A stretch of DNA of 64,000 nucleotides from Balanoglossus misakiensis. Lineage: Eukaryota > Animalia > Hemichordata. Made by a program: the position numbers and the translations under genes. The stretch is taken from NCBI GenBank assembly GCA_040954595.2, contig CM082580.2, forward strand, positions 4,516,783 through 4,580,782. Direction: 5' to 3'. A model generated the notes under the pieces. That model made no database searches and was not told where the DNA came from. It was given only the letters and a program-made list of their open reading frames with translations. The stretch's first letter is position 1; each line of letters opens with the position of its first letter. Positions 49,801 through 64,000 of the stretch are shown piece after piece.

Positions 49801-52800
49801 AACACAGAGATATTCATATTGTTCTGTTCTCGGAAACAAACAAGCGGACAATTCCTTTTGTCGGGAACGTTGTAATCGCGCTGCATGATAGAAATTAAAA
49901 TGCACAAACTAAATGAGAAAATTAACATATAAATAATCAGTCAACTGAATAAAAACTATTTATGGAACAAAGGTGAGTTTTTTTTGTTATAGTCCGAAAG
50001 AAGTTAGATAACACGTATATTGAACTGTGGGACAGTTAATTAAGACTGCACAAAACATAGAATATGATTAGTCCTGTGTCTTGTGCTCAACCTTCATTAC
50101 ATTTTTCTCAATACAACAAACATCACAAACTTGAAGTATTCACAGTTATCATAAACACGTGACGTTTATCACAATATCCAAAACAATATCAAAAGTCTGT
50201 TTCTCTATTTTTCAACAAACACTAAAGAGATATTCGGCAAAATCGTGCAAAGTTTGTGTAAACATTAACTGTTAACATACAGCGATGAAATCCCCCAGTG
50301 GGTTCCGGCGAAATTTGCAGCCGCGCCAAACAACGACAGGCCGACCAGAGCGATGGTTGGGGCGATGGCCAGTGGGCCGATGAAACGAAGCAACATGCCA
50401 ATAATTCCCGTGAAGCCGATGAGAACTTGAAAACACGAAGCTACCATGACGGCGCCTTGGATCTGTAATGAAGAGTAATGGGTTACTTTTGAAGGCCGGG
50501 CAGGTATACGCTAATTTCGACGATACCGTTTTCAACTACCGCACAATCCTCTGTATACAAGGTTCTCATAGATTTGCATCATCACCACAGTATATGACAC
50601 GATGCATGTTGCACACCCATTTTAGCTGTTGGTTAATCTATGACAAATATTTCTTAACGCAAATTTAACTTTTTGGTATTACGGATGGGAAATTATAACA
50701 GGGGTCATCGAACCTTGCTCAACCTTTCTCCCGGAGACGATTAAAATGTACGAGTTTTCCAATTATATGTGTAATGCTATTAAAGTAAAGATGAACGTGT
50801 TTGTCTACCATCATCGGACCGGTGCCAACATGATTAGAACAATCGTGTGTGCGACATTCTTCGTTATGTAATGCGTTGTGTAAATCAATTGGTACATAGG
50901 TGATTGAATTGACGGCCAAAAGCATGCAATTCGGAGCCTACCAAGTGACGCGTACCCACCTCTCTCATTCTGACTTGCCACAGTTCCGTACGCTCAGATG
51001 ACGTCATATTCCCTAGAACCTCTGAAATTGATAGTCGCGGGGGAAATAAGTCACACACAAGTTGCTTTAGTATCTCTCAATAGTCATAGCTGACTCATTC
51101 GCAAACTATATTTACATGTATGTTGATCCAAAAGGTAAAGGTATCCTTTGACTCTGTAGGAATATTTCGTTTACAGTTAAGTAAAAATTATAATTTTACT
51201 TCGTATGTGAATATGGTAGCTAAAATGCACTAAATATGTGTTTATGTTAAAAGTCACGTGTCGTTTTTAATCGTGGTTATTAACAATAACTCGCATCTTG
51301 TTTCAACCACTGACCTTCGAGATCTGGACCAGGCTGAGCAGGACACTGCCATTTTGGTAATGCAAGTAGTGCAAATGTTGGCGTCAGGAATGAGAACGTT
51401 CCGCCTTGCACTATGGGTAATCTAAAATGGAAATTAAATAAGACTTAGTGACCGACACTTAAATATGGTTGATTTCTAAGACTCTGTGGTGTTTTGCAGA
51501 CGCGTAGGATACCGGGTAATTCGTTTATTACTTTTTGCCGTACAGCACAAATACATATTGTACTACGAAACATACAGTATGCAAGAATGCATGCATACTG
51601 ACAGACACAAACAGACAGACAGACAGACAGACATACAGACAGACAGACAGACGAGACAGACAGACAGACATGCAAACTAAATGGACAGACATACATTGGT
51701 TTGAAATGTGATCAATCACGCGATTTAATAGACACGTACATACATGTACAGACATATAAAGACAATTCAAGTACATACCTGACACCGCAAAGCACTTGTA
51801 AGACAGTCGCCATTCCAGATACAAAGAATATAGTCCCGATAATTTCACTGCGAGATACATCATCTTTTCCGATGCACAGGGCGTCGCTCAGCAGGATTGG
51901 AATAGCGACCGTGGAACCAAACATTGTCAGATAATGCTGGAGATATGGAGGTAATGAAAGGTGACGATGCAAATATGGCTGCCAACTCAAGATTAACACT
52001 CCTGTCTCAACTGATGAAAAGTAGTAACACTTAACAACAGACACTTTTTCGACGCAAATTCGCGTACTGCCGGAGGTAACACGACGATTGCTGTCAAAAT
52101 CATAGTCACCACTCTTATTGTTTAAATTTATCGTCTACTGGCTGTAACGTCGTAGCTAGAAAAGCACGCTCTCATGCCTTGACACGATTTGTTTGATGTT
52201 AACAGTACTACAAATAACGTTGAAAGTGAAGACGGTGATTTAGCTGCAGTTTACGAAGCAGAACCACACACACTAAAAAAATTAAAAATAGCTCAAACAT
52301 CCGCTCGTTTATTTGTGTTATTTCCATTTAAAAATTCTCAGAATGAATATTTCTGAAACTGGGACTTATTCTTTCTATTTTGGTAAGTTACTAGGTTTGG
52401 GAATACGTTGTTGGAAACGAATATTTTGCGTTCGTGGCTTCATCGAAACTTACGCATGTAAATTTTACATGTAAGGCAATGGAAAGTGATAGTCGTGCAT
52501 TGTATCTTGGTAGTTCACTACCTTAAGGTTGCTATAAGTGATCAAGAACACAGTGAACTTCAAACACAGTCCCGTATACCTGAAATCCCAGCAATATGCC
52601 CAAGTACCACGGTGGGTACTCTGTGATGCCATAGGCCACATCTCCCTTCAATGATTCTAATATTTCAGCAGCTTCCTCCTTCGCTGTGCATCGCCTTCTC
52701 ACATCATTGCTTGCCTGCAATTCCTGTTGGTTGAAAAATGAATAAATACTCGAGTGATTCAGTTGTCTGCCCACCGACAATTGCAGTTTGTTGTCTATCC

Positions 52801-53786
52801 GGCGACGGCGCCCATCTCTAAACGTAAGTCTGGGACAGCTGTGTATCATTTCGCGATGAAAGCATTTCCCTCGACAAAAGAGTGCCGAGTTTGTTGGGTC
52901 ATTTGAGGGTAGAGAAATAAACTTTGTAATGTTTATGTACATTGTAATCTGGCATAAAAATATCATTGTGCCGGCTGCCTTTGTTGTCACTCACGCTTAC
53001 CTGTGACGTCACTTCCAGGTGCACTTCCTTGGTTGGTGTCTGATCCATGGCATCCGTCTGAAATCAGAAAAAAAGTTGTACTTTCAGAATTTTTCCCCCT
53101 GCTTTTAGTTTTAACTTCATTTGGACAGAAGTAAATGTCGAAATCACAATGCTTTATATTCTGAATAAATTTCGAAAGGAATAGGCCTATGTTCTGAGAA
53201 ATGGTTGAAGACTGACACTGGCAGACGTATCCATGCGTGTGGTCCCCATTAACCCGGCGAAGACTTCAATGACGTCAACGTTTACGTATTACGGATACAT
53301 ACCTGTTCAACCAACTCGTACAAATGCTTTCGTCAATAGGATTTTTCGTTCAAAACAGTGTACTGTCCTATAACAAGGCCCATACAGCAACCGACATTCA
53401 ACTGTACTATATGTGGATGGGAAGTGTGGTGAAAAGGTCTCACACACATGGATTGTGACTCACTGGTCAGAACAGAGTAGCCTATTATAATTGATGGCTT
53501 GTACCTTTAATGAGGTCACTCTTCTTTGTGAGGTATCGCCCATATGTCCATTTCAAAGTCAACGAGTGAAATATATAGGCCTAGTACAGTGCAGTCACCT
53601 TTATCCAGACGTTCCGCTCTAATTGTGGATTTTGGCTAAAAGTGCAATATCCCCTCGTTGAAACCAAGACCTCATTGTTCACCTTCGTCAATCCGACTTA
53701 GAATTAGCGCGACATAAAGTAACTGTCCTTCGGGGAATAGATACTGGTACCTGAATTTGGGCAGACTCAGCTTTTGTCTCAACCAT
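46835..53786 (-). CDS. SLC23 / nucleobase-ascorbate transporter (NAT/NCS2) family member
   Basis: Exons 53786-53751 (tentative; alternative ATG at 53048), 53057-53001, 52723-52580, 51936-51779, 51421-51315, 51021-50960, 50462-50281, 49730-49610, 49334-49178, 48883-48630, 48376-48247, 47944-47801, 47492-47397 and 47163-46835. Motifs: [32 protein letters not shown] signature [25 protein letters not shown] and LDNTIPGT. Confidence 0.95.
51598..51670. repeat. Imperfect (CAGA)n microsatellite
   Basis: Read directly. Confidence 0.85.
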
Positions 53787-56458
53787 ACGCCGTCTTATCT
53801 TATAGGGCCGTGTGAAGGCTCAACTTGGCCGACATAATTCATCTACACGCGCGAATTGCTTCGGCCTAAATTCAAGGTCGGCCCTGAACCTCCCTTCCTA
53901 CAGGCCGATGCAGCGTGTCCACATTGGTTATTTTACGCCGGCCCAGGCCAATCACCGGTGCTACACCGCCGTAAACTGTCCAGTCTAAACCCCCTTATTG
54001 ACATCCTAGTCCAATTCGGGTTAATAGATTCAGAAGACACTGGAGAAGATCGGATTGAATGAAAAGTACAGGGGGTCGAAGTAACCAGGTATCGGGGTAG
54101 GGGAGACCTGGGTCGGCAGGATCGGGGGAAGGGGTGTTGAAATTGTTGTGGTCGAAACGGTAACATAAGGGGTCAAATTGACTTGAAGCCGAGTCAACTG
54201 CCATACCAACGCTGCCTCCCACTCGTCGCCTGTGGAACACAGGGCTAAACCTACGTCTGATTGCAATCGCTTTGATGACCCTTGTCGTTTGATGACCCTT
54301 TTCTCTGATAGTGATTTCATCGCTCAAGTTGGTCGAAGTTCAAGTGCGCGCCAAAACTGTCATGAGCCGCTATTGGCCAACCCCGGGTAAACATTTCCCA
54401 GATAAAACTGCCAACGGTCCCGACCGTTAGTAACACAGTTATTCTACACGCTTACTCCAAATAAAAAAAAAACATTAAAAACATTAAAAAATACATCTAA
54501 TGGTGTTTATTCCTTGTGTACAATGTAATTGATCCAGTGTATTGAGCAAATATTTGTTCATTTTCACGGTCGTTTGAACAATGTAACGGATGTCCATTGG
54601 ATGGTACTGACTGTGTGCCCACGTAGTTTTTTCATGACCACATACAACTCAGAATACTAGTAGTAAAACAGGTGGCAATTCACCCACGGCGCGATGCTAC
54701 TAAAGACTTGTACTCTTTCCCAACAATAACGGATTAAAAGCTGAAGTGTTCTTGTTTTGGTTGTGTGTATGGTGCTATCTCTTACGTCACACTGAGCCCC
54801 TTGTTTACAAGCTACGTAATAAACAGCACACACAAAAATTAAACGTCGTTTGATATTTGCTACGAGTATAGTAGCCAGTCCCCTCCTTTTCTACAGTCTA
54901 TGAATGTACCTGTATGGCATGGTAGAGACCAAATCGTGCAGTATCTACAACATTGAGTGTAAACACGTGAGACGCATCTGTACTCGCGCCCGGGGAGCGC
55001 GTCGAAAAATGAGAAACCAGACCGAGGGTAGGCTATACCATGATGATTGCCTTGAACTTGCCCCCGTGCCGTTGAATCACTTGTAGTTCGTTAGTGTCAT
55101 GCTCCATGGTTAGTGGCACCCGTGCCCTTGACCATTGTATGAAAAGCTGCCATTTTCGTCAACCGGTCTGGGTGTTTCCCCCCCCCCCCCCAGCATGTAC
55201 AAACGTGGCCAGAGCGCGTAGGCCTAATGATTTCCTAGAAGTCCCTTTATCGCTGTGAGTTACATTGCACATAATTCCCTTTCATGCGCAAATTTGTCAG
55301 TGTATGCATTGAAAACAAAGCGTTCTTCAATAGAAGTAGCTCGACAATGGTAAAATTCATGCGTTGTGTGGTTTTAGTTTTAGGCCCGTAACATTTCACT
55401 TCTACCATGGAGGTAACTCCGTGGTTGTGGTATTAGGCTTGTACGAGCATTTCCATCAACACCTCACTATTGTGCACGGTATACCAGTATGCCATGGCTT
55501 TTTAAAAGTATGTAGGCCTATGTACGTCTTCATTAACACAGGTCGTATCAAAAATACAAGTTTAACTTACGTTTTGTGGGATAATTACGGCAGTCCGATT
55601 CAGCCACTGTACACATATACTCTCAAAGCCGCCAAACTGCAGCTTCGAAGGAAGCGATGGTCACTTGTAGCTACTTATTGTTAGGCTATCACCCGGACCC
55701 CGCGTTTGCACACACTGTGTATTGGTGTATGACCTCCCAAACCGTGTCCTCTTTTGTAATGCAAATAGGGGCCTATATGAACCACTCTTTGTTGGAGAAG
55801 TCATGCTATTTGGGTGTTTGCGTCAATCAGTCAAACATTTGCATGGCTATCCTAATGACTAATTACCCACGAGTGACATGGCAGAAACAGCACTATTATT
55901 AAAGGGGCATTATCAGTCACCTTTGACTTTATTTCCTGTATTTTTGTTCCGTGTATCAAATGAAATGTCTTGCTCTACTCCAAAAAGCACACTAAAGTCG
56001 CTTTCACACGTGTCACCGGGTTAGGACGCTCTTTTAGGTGGGATTATCATCAGTTAGCTGTCGGCGTCCTTACGGTCTGCCTGTGGGCCCTTCTCATCGG
56101 ATGGCATCAGAACTGGTTGTTCAATAAATCGGTTCGAGGTTCGGACTATAATTCATTTGTCAACAACAACGATGGTCGTTACACACGTATATATTAGAAT
56201 GCTGTTTGGAGTAGACACAGGAATTTCGCTTTAAAAACTGGGGTCATACCTGACCTACTACTCGTAAACGTATGACGTAAAATTAATACGCTCTGAATCG
56301 GGGTCTTCTGAACTGCCCATGGCTTGCGTGAAAAGTAAACCAAGTCGGGCGGTGAACACCCGCAAAACTCTTCTGTGGGAGTAGCCACCAGTCTTTGTAC
56401 CGTTATTTTGTGTGTGGGCCCCCCCCCCTCCCTTACCCGCCTAATGACCGGCTTCTAA

Positions 56459-56566
56459 CTCTCATACTTAACGATGGGAATAGGCCTAGGGGGTCATACA
56501 TGGCCTAATTTAGAAGTAGGCCACGTATTACCCCCTAGGCCTATTCCCCATCGTAAAATATGAGAT
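56459..56566. repeat. Short inverted repeat / hairpin element
   Basis: CTCATACTTAACGATGGGAATAGGCCTAGGGGG pairs with CCCCCTAGGCCTATTCCCCATCGTAAAATATGAG. Confidence 0.65.
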
Positions 56567-58248
56567 TAACACGAAATTACATAGTATAATTTTATTGACC
56601 CATTCTTTAACCCCGTTCTTTACAAGTTTGCTGACAACTGCGACAAATATTAATCTCAATGCAAGATCAGATATTTGTTAGTTACGTAACATCTAATTAT
56701 AAACCCACTCACTGCACTGAATTCTATGAAACTTGTTAGTTACACCGTTCTTACATAATCTTGAGACACTATGCAATCTCTGGACAATAAAATACGAATT
56801 TGCAATTTTAATGAACATTTGTAATTAGTGACATATTTCTGAAATTACTTACTCTATTTTGAGGATTCTTCCTACAGGTACTGATATTTCTGAAAGCTGA
56901 TTATTATATTAATTAAACGTTAATTTTCATATATGCCAACAGGGTATTATTATAAGACCACGCTTTAATTAATACTAGTAACGAATAACAAAACTAAAAT
57001 TGCCTACAACTTTATAACTGCATGGTCTCAAAACTCTGCATGACCATAGAGCCATATTCAAAATGTGATGTACACATTATAACGGCACGCTGGTCCGAGC
57101 ATGGAGGCATGTTCAGTATACACATCTGGTACCGTTATAGATATGAGCTTAAACAATTTTTGGCGCAGTGTTCATGCACATATATCCCCGAGTTCAGAGC
57201 CAAATTGAATACGCATGTAAACAATTTCAAGTTCACATCATGGGGAGAGTGAAGACCCGTACACGCACAGTTTCCCATGAAGAACACAGTGTTGTGCATC
57301 TGAGATGACTTCGATAACCTCCAGTAAGGTCACCCGCTACATACGGCTATCAGATTACAACCATGCCACACATGTCCGTATTGTAAACATCAAAGTATTA
57401 AAGTTTCAACTTACTTATCAAGTGTTCAAACAGTCTTATTCAGCCTGTCTCAGACGTTTACCCTGACATAACCCCGTCCACACACTCCGAAACCGCTGTG
57501 AGCTTCGTTGCTGTGACGTCTACGCGCGTCTCCTTTGCATGCAAACTATGTGACATTCAAGTATCGGATAGCACGCTGTCATTCACCCCGAATGAAAGTG
57601 ATATAAGAGAGAGTATCCTATCTAGGATGACTTGCAGCAGCAACCAACGGCACCAAATTCAAATCGTCTGACAAGGGGAATGGTCAACCAAAACGAGTTG
57701 AATAGTAATTGTGTTAGCGAAAGAAGTGTGCTGAGTCTTGCATGTAAAATAACATGTCCATATTTCACTTCGTAGAACTAATAAAAAGTAAATATATCGT
57801 GCCCACGAGAGCACGAGATAATTATGTTTTATTTGCTGTACAAAATGTCCCTTATGGGCTTCATAGGGTATCATCATGTTCCGTTGATATTCTTGAAGCC
57901 CGGGCCCGCTGGTTCATTACGTTCATCACAACGTCACTTAGTTGCGATACCCGGGGAATGGGCATGTATTTTTTTAGGTATGGGGGGGGGGGGAGGTTCC
58001 TCCAATATGAAATTTACTTATTTGGTGTTTATTCTTAACTTGAACATAGGATGATAAGGCAAACTAACTCACCCCATTATAACGAAGGAATGATTGCATA
58101 AAGAATTTCCCGTCCAAACATATTAATTTGCATGTATAATGGACATTTTCAATAAGCAATTAAAATCGGGGTTAAACCGACCCGATTAAATGAAAACTGG
58201 CAACGGATATAAATCTCAACGAACATATCAACTAACGTTTATGTCATA

Positions 58249-58435
58249 TTAAAGGTATACGGTCACCTATGGAAAATTAGTTACCACGGCAAATTGAGAT
58301 TCAGCCAATCACAGATTTTCAATGGGTGGCACACGCGAAAAACAGAGCGCCACCATATGTTCTTTAGAACGCTCAAATACGCCATTTCAGCCATATATGG
58401 GCGTATGTAAATTGGAGATGACTGCATACTTTTAA
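58249..58435 (+). mobile_element. Same TTAA MITE family, copy 3
   Basis: Colinear match to 41892-42083. Confidence 0.85.
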
Positions 58436-59521
58436 ATTCGGTTTTGAACTAGGGGTTATGTGGGCATAAATACTGCTCCAACATTTGTTGAAAACTGCCC
58501 ACAAGAATTTTCGTGTCAAATTATAGCGATATCTGTCCAATTACGGGGGACACGTGCAGTACAAACTGGTAGTCATTGATTCAGGAAGATGACTGGGCCC
58601 GACTAGCCCCGGGTCAGTGTTGGGATTTTTCATTAGCTGTCTGTCTCCTCTGAATGGTCTGGTTTTGTGAAAATACTACGAGGTTAAAAATACCTGGAAA
58701 TAAATAGAAACACGCCAACAATCACACATGTTTTAAACACCAAACTATGGATTGTTTTTCTTTTATTTCTGGCTGAAAACAACCTGCCTGTTTCTCTTTA
58801 TTTGGCATATCGGCCATAAAGCCGACACGAATGTAGGGATACATAAAACTTATTAAAATGCAAATGAGAATATGGCATAGTGACACGAAGATCAGGAAAA
58901 CGGAGACAGCCAATGGTACCATTTTGCCACGTCAGCTGCCATGCATGACTTCTCATAATAACGTCTCCCTCCAGAAAATGTGTGCTCATGAAAATATTTA
59001 ACTTTTTTCATAAGAATAGCACATGTCAGAAACATTTTGTTCTATTGTTCACAAACCAAGCTATTATTGCTTACAATGAAGCCCTATCAGATCTAAATAA
59101 TTCACAGTTACAATTCTAACAAAATGTCGCACCGTGAAAAGTTTAATTACATGTGGGCTACACACTTTCCAAAGTAGCTTACTACTCGGTTTTGAAAACA
59201 TCTGTACATCAAAAAACGCAGCCGCAGTGTCTACAGGTGATGATGAAATTTACACAGTACGCTAGTCATTGAAATAAACGCTGATTTAACCAAGAAAATA
59301 AGATATTTCCTGGTCCATACGAGGCATCATGCAAATATATTGCATGACTCATGTCTCGTTCGAAAGTATTTTGCATATAGAAATGTTTGTTCTTCTGGTT
59401 TGATCGAAAGGTTCATAAGGTTAGAATGAAATAACATATGTTAGAGATTACGTATATTACCGGTACAGTGTTGAAACCACAGTGATAAATTAAAAATGGC
59501 GGAAATATAGCTGGTTCGTTT

Positions 59522-62500
59522 CTACTTGTCTGTGTTGGGTTGGTCGATTGAGCAGGAAGGTATATTTAACGACGGAGTGTAGGTGGAAACCGGCGTCAAT
59601 GTTTCTGGGTCGAAGCCATCCTTGCCGTTCAACCAGAAGGTGTACATAGACCCCTTCCCCTAAATGGAACAAACAAGTAAACAAACAACATGGTTACAAC
59701 GGTTGCTGTCTGTTTTTTGCACATCGTATGGTAAAAATATACAAATATATCATTGGTTGATATTCGAATTGCCCGTCTTACTGCAGTCTGCAACCCACGA
59801 TATATATACAAACATATCTACAAATGTATAGATTGATATTCGAATTGCCTGTTTTACTTCAGTCTGAAAAACTCGCGCGTACGAATCTTGTACAAAGCAG
59901 CTACTTTTGAAACAACTTCCCAAACAAAGGACTGTAGTGTCATGTCATTATTTTGTCGGACGACAACAATAGTCCGTAAATAATTGAAACATAATCATGA
60001 AAAATACACTACTTCAAAAACACGAATGTCTCATAAGACAAAATATTTGACCGATCAAGCATAGTAGAGCCAGCAAAGCGTCTTCAATTTGACACGGTGA
60101 CGTTTACACACGTAATTACCTGTAACTCAACCAAACCACGTTTACTCAAATAGTATCCTTCCAGCTTCATCAGGATGTCGTACGTCTCTTTGCTGACATG
60201 GATGCGATTAGCTGAATAAGAGGAAGAAGGGTTGAGTTAGTGATATAACATTAAATAAATAAAGTATAATAATATTCAGCACTAATCAAAAGCGATGGTG
60301 TTTGCAATATTCTAGGCACACTGGGGTGAAATTCCTTCCGGGTTACCCCATTAAAGGGACAAAGTCTCTCTCTCGCTGGTCTTTTTCCATTAATTATGTT
60401 TGATACAAGACGCTGTTTATGTTATTCTACATGTGGATATATAGTGAATCAATGTTCGACCACACACAACTTCCATCTCGTTTGTAGGATATGAGAGTAA
60501 AAACTCGCCCAAAATGAATAAATGGTAAAGAACGATTATTCATTTTGGCGAGTTTTTTCACTCTCCTGTCTATAAGAGGGATGGAAGTTGTGTGTGGTTG
60601 AACGTTCATTCACTATATATCCACATGTAGAATAACAAACGTTGTTTCTTATCAAATATAATTAATGGAAAAAAGGGCAGCGAGAGAGAGACATTGTCCC
60701 TTTAAGGGAAGTGTTTACATGCTATGCTGGAACCGGAGCTGACAGTGCACATGCTGCCTATAGCATCTATTCCAGGGTATGCATGTAAACTTACATCTTG
60801 AAAAATTATAAATTTCTGCTACGATAATTCCGTAATTTTATTAAAATATAGTTTTTGTACACTGTAATAACCCTCTAAGAGTCGACAATCATGCACTGAA
60901 TGACATGCTGGATTAAAAAAAAATCTTAAATGGTTGTTGTTTTGTCACTCGCGGGCACCCACCCGTGGTCCTTTGTGATACAGTTTAACGCCCTCATCGG
61001 TACTTTACTAAATCACAGCATATGCAGTCATGCCAACACCGACAACAAAAAACTTAACTCACGCTCTCCTGCGCCCTCTAACCGTTCGGCGATATTGACA
61101 GTGTTACCGAACAAACAATAGCGGGGCATCTTTGTACCAACAATCCCTGCAACGACAGGACCTGAAAATACAAGGAATCATTACACATCGAAAAGCGCTC
61201 AACTTATTTTCTTTAAAAAATATGTGGCATACGTCTGAATGGTTATACTAAAATATGACACACTTTTAGAAATATAACTGATTTACCTTTGGAAACCAAA
61301 CTAATGACGAACATGAAACGCTGCAATCGATGTTTCTCTCAGGAGATACATTTCAAAACGGAATATTAAGTTTGAGAAAAGGGGGTGATCCTACCAGAGT
61401 GGATGCCAATGCGCAGTCTCATAACAAATCCCGGGAGATGCGCCAGTTTCAAACAAGAGACATGATAAGTGAGATCCAACGATAGAGTTGCGATATGTCC
61501 GGCATGTTCCTGTCCGTTTCTTCGTGGTACACCTGAACAAATGTTAGATACAGGTAAAAACATGAAACTGTACATTACAGTATTACTCGCCATTATTTAA
61601 AGTATAATATTTGCTCACTACGTTACATGCAATGATATAAATTAATACTAAATATATAACTATACATGTAAACCGATTTATATGGACTTTTACCCGACAT
61701 AAGGCTGTGAGATTTCATTCAGAACACAAAGGAGTGTGACTTATATTTATTACTGAGGGAGGGGCGACGTTTGCCTCTGTGTGGTTGTAAGTGCAGTGGT
61801 CATTTTCATACGCCTGCGCTGTCTGCCATTAGATCTACATCCGCCGCGAAGATCACACAGGCCAGAGTTCCTTTATCAAATCCGTCTATTTCAGGCTGAT
61901 TCCATTATATAGGTTTTATGATTTCTGTTGTGAACTATGTACGCTACAGCTAAAACTCCCAAAACGCCTTACCGGGAATATACCCCTCTCAACGAGTCTG
62001 TCACTAAACGTGTCAATTCGCATGAAAATCCATCTTTGTGTGTTAGCATAATGTCCACTTTACACATTCACATACATGTCCACGGTCCTTCAGGTGAGAG
62101 CTAAGGACATTCAGAATATCGCAATCGGTCGACGTTCTCTCCTGCGAGGAACAACAACTTCAGTGTAAATGTATATATCCTTGTACTGCGTGTTACAAAT
62201 ATACCAAGGGTGAAAAGATCCTTAATAAATTCCATCTAATATAATGTTGACAGGAATAATTGGCAACTCTTGTGTGTTAAGAAGACAAGTAGCCGCTGTT
62301 TATCCATGCAAGTATACGAAAACCAAAACAAATTATTGTCTGGTCGATAACTATTTTCGAGGTAATTAAGGCCACAGATCACATATTGAACGTTCCAGTA
62401 TTGTTGAGAGACATATCTATGATGCATATAATACAAAATGTATAGGCCTACGCTTAAGGAATCAATGTAACATATGAACTTACCTGATACTACCATGTAA

Positions 62501-63990
62501 GCATCGCCAATGGTCTCCACTTTATGCACGTCGTACTTCTCAATGCGGGAATCGAAGCACAAATAGAGCAAATTGAGCATGCGCGTGACCTGGAGAGGGC
62601 TGCTCTTGGAGCAAATAGACGTGAATCCAACGATGTCGGAGAAGAAGACGGTGGCTTCTTTGAAGCTCTCCGGTGGGACGCGCTCGTTTTTCTTCAATTG
62701 ATGGGCGACTGCCCTCGGTAAGAGACGATAGAGTAAGGAGACCGCCCTCTTGCGTTCACGCTGTAGGGACTTGCTTTGTACAACGAGGCTGGACGCGAAC
62801 ATTTGCATACTGCTGGTCAGTTTCGTCACCAGAAACAAAACTGTCGGTCCAATAAAACATACTAATAACAGCACCAGTATGACCACTGCCAAATTTCTCA
62901 AGTCCCCCGATAGTCCGTCGTCGAACTTCTGCAATATGTTGTCGGATACTCTCTCTTGTATCAGCAGCAGAATGTCCATGTAGCTTGTCATATTCGCATA
63001 CCAGTAGTTTGCGGCGTGCCACGAGGCGTCGACGCTGATGTTCTGTCGGATAGTCTCTCGCATATCAGAGATCGATCTTACAACGTCGCCTGGCAGCTCG
63101 CCCATTAACTCGTCATGGAATTCTTTGATTTCGGGAGCGTATTGCCAGGAAGCCTCGAAGTTGCCCTTGGCTCTGTAAGCCCTTTCCAGATAATCGATAA
63201 AATGGTTGTCGTCTGTGAATTTTCCCGTCGAAAAGTAGACAGCGCCTAGAGTCCGTTCTATTCCAACGTCTTCTTTGCTAACGATGAGAAGTTGGAACCC
63301 GACAAGACTGGTCCATGCCTGTCCGGAACCGCGAAATTTGCCCAATGTTTCGTAAAGCCAGTTGATGAAGAACTTGATAGAATTGGAGTAGAATTCGATC
63401 TCATCTAACATGGTAGACGTCGAGATGTACAAGTCGCGCCGGTGTGTGTCGAGGTACCTCTGGAAGGACTCTTTTGAATTGAATTCCATGACCAAGTTGC
63501 CAGAGTCGCCCAGCCAACCGTTGAGTTTGGCAAGCGCAGCGTCGGTTTCTGGGTACGTATCTGTCAGAGCTTGTCGGCTTAGCGGGCTTATTGTACTGAG
63601 GTACAGCGTCGACATGTCTCGCTCGCTCTGAAGAAAGTGGAGGAAGTTTCCCAGCTCCCTGCCGAAGGAAATGGCCTGGCGGATTTTCAAGGACGCCCTG
63701 TTGGCCTTCACGACCGTCGTCAAGTTGTTGCTCGCCAGGGCGGCCAGAGTAATGATCGGAATCATCGTTAAAACCATCATCTTGGTTAGCTGCCATCTCC
63801 TGCTCGATTTCTTCATGGGATCGCAGCTCCACCAAGACTTGCCAGCTTTCCAGTTGAACAGATTTTGTACGGACACGGATGTTTCGCTCAGACTCGCTAG
63901 AGTGCCTCTTGATCCACCAATATTATAGCCGCTATTTACATCACTTACAGTAAAGACTGTATCTTTGCTCGGTGAATTATGTGAAGCCAT
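59522..63990 (-). CDS. NIT-domain receptor guanylyl cyclase (NIT-GC), paralog B, ~657 aa
   Basis: Exons 63990-62484, 61532-61395, 61161-61063, 60211-60120 and 59659-59522. The first four exon lengths (1507/138/99/92 nt) equal those of paralog A. Same TM-NIT-TM-cyclase motifs ([42 protein letters not shown]). Confidence 0.92.
60355..60701. mobile_element. 347-bp palindromic MITE with TTAA TSD (Kolobok-like)
   Basis: TTAA|AGGGACAAAGTCTCTC ... GAGAGACATTGTCCCT|TTAA; the arms pair over most of the length. Confidence 0.88.
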
Positions 63991-64000
63991 TTTCGCAATG

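Noticed and set aside
46835-53786. Ascorbate import chemically feeding nitrite-to-NO conversion for the flanking NIT-GCs
   Set aside because: The transporter signature favours nucleobases, and adjacency alone is weak evidence of function in animal genomes.
53856-54330. Cluster of short ORFs upstream of SLC23
   Set aside because: No homology cues; more likely GC-rich promoter or repeat sequence.
62236-62483. C-terminal ~80 aa of the 584-aa ORF (and the last ~15 aa of the 517-aa ORF)
   Set aside because: Read-through into intron 1; the true protein continues in exon 2 after the GT donor.

Overview
Intron-rich, AT-rich animal genomic DNA, not prokaryotic. Gene content and repeat types suggest a marine invertebrate deuterostome such as a hemichordate (inference). 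Genes in order: the 5' part of an NRPS-like adenylation-domain gene resembling fungal ATRR glycine-betaine reductase (minus, runs off the left edge); an intronless, disabled sulfotransferase; a 10-exon DEG/ENaC channel; RP9 head-to-head with OSGEP/Kae1, which has one U12-type and one GC-AG intron; and two convergent paralogous receptor guanylyl cyclases (TM-NIT sensor-TM-cyclase) flanking an SLC23/NAT transporter. The two cyclases share a near-identical tract in the sensor domain that looks like gene conversion. A 3.6-kb foldback element with a 9-bp TSD and CGAAGGA-based tandem-repeat arms lies just upstream of the first cyclase ORF. There are also many MITEs, microsatellites and transposase/RT relics. 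Exon boundaries were read by hand from splice signals and frame continuity, and family assignments come from recalled motifs, not database searches.
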